Below, piece by piece: positions 7,104 through 12,790 of a stretch of 12,790 nucleotides of DNA (positions are counted from its first letter, which is position 1; each line of letters opens with the position of its first letter). Under the pieces are notes generated by a model, which worked only from the letters and a program-made list of their open reading frames with translations, did no database searches and had not been told where the DNA came from. Source of the DNA: Promethearchaeota archaeon (GTDB taxonomy: Archaea; Asgardarchaeota; Thorarchaeia; Thorarchaeales; Thorarchaeaceae); contig JBHLPF010000062.1 in the NCBI GenBank assembly GCA_048939765.1, forward strand, positions 1-12,790, given 5' to 3'. Both the position numbers and the translations under genes were made by a program.

Positions 7104-8533
7104 GCTTCATTGTGCACTCTTGGGAACCAGACCTTGAACTTGGCTCCACTTGTCCAATCACCTTCTATTCGGTCCGTGACCTCTATGGCCCCGCCGTATT
7201 TCTCTGCGATCTGACATGCTTGGTGGATTCCAACTCCTCCGAACCGTCTATTGGGGTCAAAGAGTGTCCTCTTCATTTCATCCTTGATACCCGGACCATC
7301 ATCAGAAATCCTGACCTCATACTCATCTTCATGAGCTTCGAGAGTCACCCAGATGTGTATTTCATCGCCTTTGCTGTGTCTCACCGCATTTTCCAAGATG
7401 TTGAATAGCAGCAGTCGAATGTATTTGTCAGCTCTCACTGTGGCTTCAGTCACCTTGCAATCAATTTCCACTATAGCGCCCTCTTGATTCTCCTGAAACT
7501 CTTGAACGCAATCTATCAGAGTCCTGCAGAGTGAAACTCTTCTCAAAGGCTCTTGAAGCAGGTCTCTCGTGGCGTGCACGGCCGCAATCAAGTCATCGCA
7601 TCGTTCCACTGAACTCGCTATTTCGGCAAGGACTCTTGGATCTCTTTCCGGGTTGCGTTCCTGGGTCAAGAGTTCTGTTCCAATCTCTATGGCTTGAAGC
7701 TGGTTCCTGATGTCATGCTGCAAAATGTCTAGGTACAATGTAGCAATATTACTCGTTGCTCGAAGCTCTTCTTCGACTCTCTTGAGTTCAGTGACATCAT
7801 GAACGACGGAAACTATTCGGCTCCCATCCTCATGTGGGCTCAGCGTTGTCCAGTAAGCACGCTTCTCATCATCATCAATCATGAACTCGAAGCTACGCGC
7901 CGTCGAATCGGTCTGAACCTCCTCGAGATTTGACAAATACAGTTCTGTTACCTCAGATGGCATGAGTTCGCCTATCCACTTGCCTTGAAATTGAGTGGGA
8001 TCCAGTTCAGCACGAATTCCTCTTGCAGAGTAATACTCGTCGACCTTCCCATCCTTATCTAACACAAAGACAATATCTCGGAGTGAATTCACAAGCATTC
8101 GATGCTTCATTTCCGATTCGCGAAGCGATTCTTCAGCCTCTCGCCGGCTCTGACGAATCTCAGCTTCCTTGATTTCCCTTTGGATTGCTGGGACTAATCT
8201 GGCAAGGTTATCCTTCTTGAGGTAATCATGAACGCCAGCCTTCATCATCCGGACAGCTACATCTTCGGATATCGCTCCTGACACTATGATGAATGGAATG
8301 TCCCGTTTGCCAGCCTTGACCTGCTCAAGCGCTTCCTCAGTGCTGAAATCAGGCAACATATAATCGCAGAGGACTAGGTCCCAATCATCTGATTCAAGTG
8401 CCTTTCCCATTGCATCATCGGTCCACACCCGAAGAATCTCAGGGTTGTAGCCACCCTTCTTTAATTCTCGTTCTATTAGGATTGCATCGTCCTCTGAATC
8501 CTCTATCAGGAGGACGCGAATCCTATGGCTCAT
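7100..8533 (-). CDS. Hybrid signal protein REC-PAS-HisKA-HATPase_c, 477 aa
   Basis: REC (LIEDSEDD, LCDYMLP phospho-Asp, IVSG, DYLKK); one PAS; H-box LYLDILQHDIRN; N-box NILENAVRH; G1 DDGPG; G2 FGGVG. The ATG at 8533 overlaps the upstream stop (ATGA). Confidence 0.92.
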   Translation of the reverse strand: MSHRIRVLLIEDSEDDAILIERELKKGGYNPEILRVWTDDAMGKALESDDWDLVLCDYMLPDFSTEEALEQVKAGKRDIPFIIVSGAISEDVAVRMMKAGVHDYLKKDNLARLVPAIQREIKEAEIRQSRREAEESLRESEMKHRMLVNSLRDIVFVLDKDGKVDEYYSARGIRAELDPTQFQGKWIGELMPSEVTELYLSNLEEVQTDSTARSFEFMIDDDEKRAYWTTLSPHEDGSRIVSVVHDVTELKRVEEELRATSNIATLYLDILQHDIRNQLQAIEIGTELLTQERNPERDPRVLAEIASSVERCDDLIAAVHATRDLLQEPLRRVSLCRTLIDCVQEFQENQEGAIVEIDCKVTEATVRADKYIRLLLFNILENAVRHSKGDEIHIWVTLEAHEDEYEVRISDDGPGIKDEMKRTLFDPNRRFGGVGIHQACQIAEKYGGAIEVTDRIEGDWTSGAKFKVWFPRVHNEA

Positions 8534-8979
8534 GAGTTTGAACCTCCTTTGGGGCTGACATTTAGGAGTAACCAATAGAAACCGAGTGTCTGGACGGCCT
8601 TTACAAACTGGTCAAAGTCCACAGGTTTCTGTATATAGCTATTAGCTCCAAGATTATAGCTTTCTATGATGTCCTGCTCTTCTTTGGACGATGTCAAAAC
8701 GACTGCTGGAAGAAGCTTGAATTTCTCCGAATTCCGAATTGTCTTGAGAAACTCAAGACCCCCCATTCGTGGCATCTTGAGATCGAGAAGGATTACCACT
8801 GGAAGGTCCCTTGTATCACGATCGCTGAACTTCCCTTCTCCCCTCAAGTACTCTAGAGCCTCGATGCCATCGTTTGCAACATCGACCTGCTTGGCGATGT
8901 TCGCCTTTTCCAAAGCCCTTCTAGTAAGGAGGACATCGTCTCTGTTGTCTTCGACAAGGAGGATCTTATCACCGATCAA
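8530..8979 (-). CDS. Single-domain response regulator, Rcp1/RcpA-like
   Basis: LLVEDNRDD, LLDLKMP, VLTSS, LGANSYIQKPVDF and the C-terminal FYWL helix typical of phytochrome-associated regulators. The TTG start overlaps the upstream TGA (TTGA), with an SD-like GGAGG just upstream. Confidence 0.93.
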   Translation of the reverse strand: MIGDKILLVEDNRDDVLLTRRALEKANIAKQVDVANDGIEALEYLRGEGKFSDRDTRDLPVVILLDLKMPRMGGLEFLKTIRNSEKFKLLPAVVLTSSKEEQDIIESYNLGANSYIQKPVDFDQFVKAVQTLGFYWLLLNVSPKGGSNS

Positions 8980-11900
8980 TTGGAATCCTCCACTTTCTTT
9001 CCGAGTGTGAAATAGAATGTTGCACCTTTGCCTGTTTCTCCTTCTGCCCAGATTCTGCCTCCGTGTCTACTGATAGCTCTCTCCACAGTTGCCAGTCCTA
9101 TACCTGAGCCTTCGAACTCGTCAGCCCGATGTAGACGTTGAAATGGCTTAAACAGTCTTTCGGCGAATTCCATCTCAAATCCTGCACCATTGTCTTTCAC
9201 ATAATACACCGATTCGCCTTCAACATCAACTGATCCGAATTCAATGATTGGGTCATCCACTGAAGAGGTGAATTTCCATGCATTGCTCAAGAGGTTCTGA
9301 AGTGCCGCTCTCATCAAACGCCTGTCGCATCTGTTTCTCAATCCTTCCTCAATGACAATCCTTGGGTTCCTTTCGGGATCGCTCTCTCTCAGATCCTTGA
9401 TCACTTCTTCAGCCATTAACGATAGGTTGACTGAAACTCTGTCCATTTCCAATCTTGTTACTCTTGAGAGGTCGAGAAGGTCATCAATTTGGCCCGCCAT
9501 TCCTTTAGCCGCTCGCCTAATCCGCTCCAGGTAGTCTTTTCCAGTACCATCAAGAGTTTCTTTGTAGTCTTCTAATAGTGCTTTACTGAACCCATCCATT
9601 GTCCGAAGTGGTGCTCTTAGGTCGTGAGAAACTGTGTATGCAAATGCTTCCAGCTCCTTATTTGCTGATGCCAACTCTGCAGTGCGTTCATCCACCAATT
9701 GGTTAAGCTGAGCGTTGAGTCTTCTTGCTTCTCTCTCTGCGCGAACTCTGTCTGTCAGGTCTAGAAAGGATACTGCAATCATACCAGGAAGAACAGGAAA
9801 AATGCTAATTCTGACTGCCCTACTCACTTGATCTTCTTCAACTCTCACATCTTCAGTGTGCCATGGAACTCCCTCTTTCACTACTCGTCGGCATTGCTCG
9901 ATGATCATTTCCATCTGGTGACCTGGTGCTATTTCTTCCAATGCCTTTCCCAATAATGGAGTACCAGGAGTATTCAGCATCGAGTCAATGGCAGGATTCA
10001 CCTCGACCAGACGAAGGACGCCGTCTGAATCCTGCTCCAATAATTGAAGTCCAATCGGGATTTCATTGAAGATGCTCCTGAATTTCTCTTCGGCAGCTGC
10101 AAGTGCCTCCTGTGATCTCAGTTTCTCGAGTACTTGGGCGAACATATCTGCGACAGTTTCAAAGAATACTCGAGCCTCCTCTTCCATTTCCTGCTTGTCC
10201 TTCGAGGCAATGCCCAGTACACCCAACAAATCCTTCTTACTGTCTAACAGAGGCCAGACTATTACTGATTGAATTTCCAATCTCTCTAGCCATTCGTGGA
10301 AGGAATCCAGTGATTTATCCGCACTAATGTCTGGTGCGAATATTGGTTTCTTGTTTAATGCTACATTTGAGATGACAAATTTCCTGCTAGATTCAAAATC
10401 TAATGGCATAGAATCCGCAAGCAACTCGTTCTTCATTCCTATTCGAGAAATTGTGGCAAGTTCTGATTCATCTTGATTGGGGATGCTTACCGACCCCTTT
10501 TCGAATCCAAGCGTCTCAATAAGCCCTGAAAGAACCTTGCTGCACAAATCATCGACTGATTTGGAATAAACCGCCGCTTCTGCAATAAGCTTGAAAGCTC
10601 TTCTTTCTCTCTTGACCGTTTCTTCGGCTAATACACGTGCCGTGATGTCACGTACAACCGATATCACAGTCTTCTCATCTTCATGTCTGCTCATCTTAGC
10701 TGAAAACCAATGCGGAACACCGCGCACCTCAAGGGGATAATCGTATGTCCTAGTTTCGCCAGATTCTCGAACGGCCTGAACATTTTCTAGGTAGGTGTCT
10801 GCCATTTCCGCAGGAAGGATCTCTTTGATATGCCTACCAAGGAACTCTTCAGGCGGTGCTACAAGGTATTGCTTTTCTGCTCCATAGAACTCTACATTTC
10901 GATCCTTCTCGTTATAGACAAACACCAGGTCTTGCATCGATTGAACCAGTGTTCTGTATCTCTCCTCAGACTCTTTGAGGGCGGTTTCAGCCCAACGCTT
11001 TTCAGTAATATCCTCTCCTGAACTGATGAGACCGATAATCTGCCCTTCGTCATCCTTGAGGACAACAGAACTCCATTCAATCAGTCTTTCCTCATCATTG
11101 AATGTGACTATGTGCCTCTCCTGTCTTTCAATCTCCTCAAGACTACCCGACATCAACTGGTTGAAAGCTGCACGCACCTCAATTCTTTCCCTCTCGGGCA
11201 CCAGCTCGAACCAGCTCTTTCCTAGGATATCATTTGGATTACATGAGAAGACCTCACATCCTTTCCTATTTAGGAGTGTAATCTTGCCTTCTCTGTTGAG
11301 AACAAGAAATATCACGCCTGCCATGTCCAAATATAGCTGAGCCCTGTCCCTTTCCCCCCGAAGAGCCTCCTCTGCCCGCTTTTGTGCTTGTGACGCTTGA
11401 CGCTTCTCAGTGATGTCTATGATTGAAGACTGCATTGCCTGGCTACCGGCATAATCAATAATGCGTACGAAGGACTCAACCCATCTGATCTCTCCGTCAG
11501 GGCGAAGAATGCGGTATTGTGTACTGCCTATTCGCTTCCCGTTTTGCATGTATTCGCTGTAACGGTTTCTAAGTCGTTCACGGTCATCCTCATGTATTAC
11601 ATCCCAAATTCCTGCCCCCATTTCTCCGTCGATAATTTCCTCGACGGAACGACCAATGATGTCTGCATAGGTCTGGTTGCAATACACAACAGCATCCCCA
11701 GTCATGATTGCCAATCCTTGAAGCGACTGTTCCGCAAGGGCTCGGTATTTACTCTCTGACTCGCGGAGTTCCAACTCTATCTTTTGCCTACTTGTTATAT
11801 CTCGCACAACGACCACGAAGCTTTCAGGTGTCCCATCCGAATCACGTACGACCGTTCCATTAACCTCTGCGAGGTATGTGCTGTTATCGGCTCGAAGAAG

Positions 11901-12790
11901 GAGGAACCGCACTGACTCAGGGATCTCTCGTCCTTCATCAATCGCTCTTCGCATGATTTCCTTGGCATTTCCTCTGTCTTCTACGCTCACGAAATCAAAG
12001 AATGATTTACCTACCAATTCCTCTTCTGACTCATAACCGGAGATCTTCTGAGCAATCGTATTGGCTATTCGAATATTCCCGTCCAAGTCTCCAACGACTA
12101 TCGCATCAGGTGATGTTTCTACAAGTCTGCGATATCGCTCTTCTGAAGTCTTCAAAGCCTCTTCCGCTCTCTTCCTATCAGCGATATCTAAAATGGTTCC
12201 AGTGGCTCTCTTTGTTCCTCCTTCTTCGTCTAGCTCCAATACACTCCCGCGTTCCATGACCCACTTGTATTCGCCAGATTTCGTCCGCATACGATGTTCC
12301 GAAACATACGGAATGCTCCTGTCTTCGACATGCTTGAGCCATCTTGCTTCCAGGGACTCCAAATCATCTGGATGGATTAGCGATTCCCAATCACCGTATC
12401 TCGTACCCATTTCCTTTACATCATATCCGAGAATTCTCGCATAGCCTTCATCGAAGTGGAATATATCATGCTCAGCATCCCAATCCCAAACACCAAGTTT
12501 CGCCCCCTTCAAAGCAAGATCAAGACGCTCTTCAGATTCTCGAAGTTCTCTCTCCGCCTCGACTTGATTGGTTATATTGCGAGTAACGCCTATTATGCCA
12601 GTTGGCTCCTCGTTCTCATCCCGCAATATGGCCATCCGCATCTCAGCAGGGAATGATGAACCATCTTTTCGGAGGAGTGTTGTTTTTACTATACCAACAT
12701 CCTCTCCCTTGACCAGTTTCATTATGGTTTCAAATGCCCTCTCTCTGTCTTCCTCCGGTGTCAAGGAGAAGCCGTCCATCCCTATCATCT
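8976..12790 (-). CDS. Soluble multi-sensor histidine kinase: at least 6 PAS - GAF - PAS - HisKA - HATPase_c (5'-truncated)
   Basis: Repeated PAS/PAC units ending in DIT-like motifs and joined by ..LRESEE.YR coiled-coil linkers; GAF (SVIVWPLLD..LLGVL); H-box ELEAFAYTVSHDLRAPLR; NLLSNAWKF; DNGAGF; GSGIGL. The ORF begins in the middle of a PAS domain at the window edge, and no TM segment is seen in the visible part. Confidence 0.95.
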   Translation of the reverse strand, partial: MIGMDGFSLTPEEDRERAFETIMKLVKGEDVGIVKTTLLRKDGSSFPAEMRMAILRDENEEPTGIIGVTRNITNQVEAERELRESEERLDLALKGAKLGVWDWDAEHDIFHFDEGYARILGYDVKEMGTRYGDWESLIHPDDLESLEARWLKHVEDRSIPYVSEHRMRTKSGEYKWVMERGSVLELDEEGGTKRATGTILDIADRKRAEEALKTSEERYRRLVETSPDAIVVGDLDGNIRIANTIAQKISGYESEEELVGKSFFDFVSVEDRGNAKEIMRRAIDEGREIPESVRFLLLRADNSTYLAEVNGTVVRDSDGTPESFVVVVRDITSRQKIELELRESESKYRALAEQSLQGLAIMTGDAVVYCNQTYADIIGRSVEEIIDGEMGAGIWDVIHEDDRERLRNRYSEYMQNGKRIGSTQYRILRPDGEIRWVESFVRIIDYAGSQAMQSSIIDITEKRQASQAQKRAEEALRGERDRAQLYLDMAGVIFLVLNREGKITLLNRKGCEVFSCNPNDILGKSWFELVPERERIEVRAAFNQLMSGSLEEIERQERHIVTFNDEERLIEWSSVVLKDDEGQIIGLISSGEDITEKRWAETALKESEERYRTLVQSMQDLVFVYNEKDRNVEFYGAEKQYLVAPPEEFLGRHIKEILPAEMADTYLENVQAVRESGETRTYDYPLEVRGVPHWFSAKMSRHEDEKTVISVVRDITARVLAEETVKRERRAFKLIAEAAVYSKSVDDLCSKVLSGLIETLGFEKGSVSIPNQDESELATISRIGMKNELLADSMPLDFESSRKFVISNVALNKKPIFAPDISADKSLDSFHEWLERLEIQSVIVWPLLDSKKDLLGVLGIASKDKQEMEEEARVFFETVADMFAQVLEKLRSQEALAAAEEKFRSIFNEIPIGLQLLEQDSDGVLRLVEVNPAIDSMLNTPGTPLLGKALEEIAPGHQMEMIIEQCRRVVKEGVPWHTEDVRVEEDQVSRAVRISIFPVLPGMIAVSFLDLTDRVRAEREARRLNAQLNQLVDERTAELASANKELEAFAYTVSHDLRAPLRTMDGFSKALLEDYKETLDGTGKDYLERIRRAAKGMAGQIDDLLDLSRVTRLEMDRVSVNLSLMAEEVIKDLRESDPERNPRIVIEEGLRNRCDRRLMRAALQNLLSNAWKFTSSVDDPIIEFGSVDVEGESVYYVKDNGAGFEMEFAERLFKPFQRLHRADEFEGSGIGLATVERAISRHGGRIWAEGETGKGATFYFTLGKKVEDSN
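11378..11405. repeat. Short tandem repeat (GACGCTT x2 plus degenerate copies) inside a kinase linker
   Basis: GACGCTT at 11392-11398 and 11399-11405, preceded by gcttttgt/gcttgt. Confidence 0.7.

Noticed and set aside
8534-8575. Longer start for the hybrid kinase
   Set aside because: It overlaps the response regulator; the ATG at 8533 gives a canonical ATGA coupling and a proper REC N-terminus.
11354-11359. C6 homopolymer as a phase-variation tract
   Set aside because: It is too short and the reading frame is intact.
8976-12790. Bacteriophytochrome or LOV photoreceptor
   Set aside because: Only the kinase core is phytochrome-like; chromophore-binding motifs are absent in the visible part.

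Overview
Gene-dense archaeal chromosomal segment, probably Asgard (Thorarchaeia-like; inferred from protein style, not from a search). In order: the 3' end of an uncharacterised acidic helical protein (+); an orphan beta-class N6A/N4C DNA methyltransferase (-); a 900-aa membrane protein fusing a predicted extracellular GATase1/GIFT-like domain to a MOP-superfamily (Wzx/Rft1-like) flippase (+); ribosomal protein eS17 with a TTG start and acidic tail (-); ATP-dependent DNA ligase (+); a QueD/PTPS-family enzyme (+); and a translationally coupled three-gene phosphorelay (-). The relay consists of a 5'-truncated kinase with at least 7 PAS domains, a GAF domain and a phytochrome-type kinase core, then an Rcp1-like single-domain response regulator, then a REC-PAS-histidine kinase. 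No RNA genes, CRISPR arrays or mobile elements were seen. The best novelty candidates are the ectodomain-flippase fusion and the chimeric kinase cascade, which has no output domain and whose two kinases share a closely related PAS domain.
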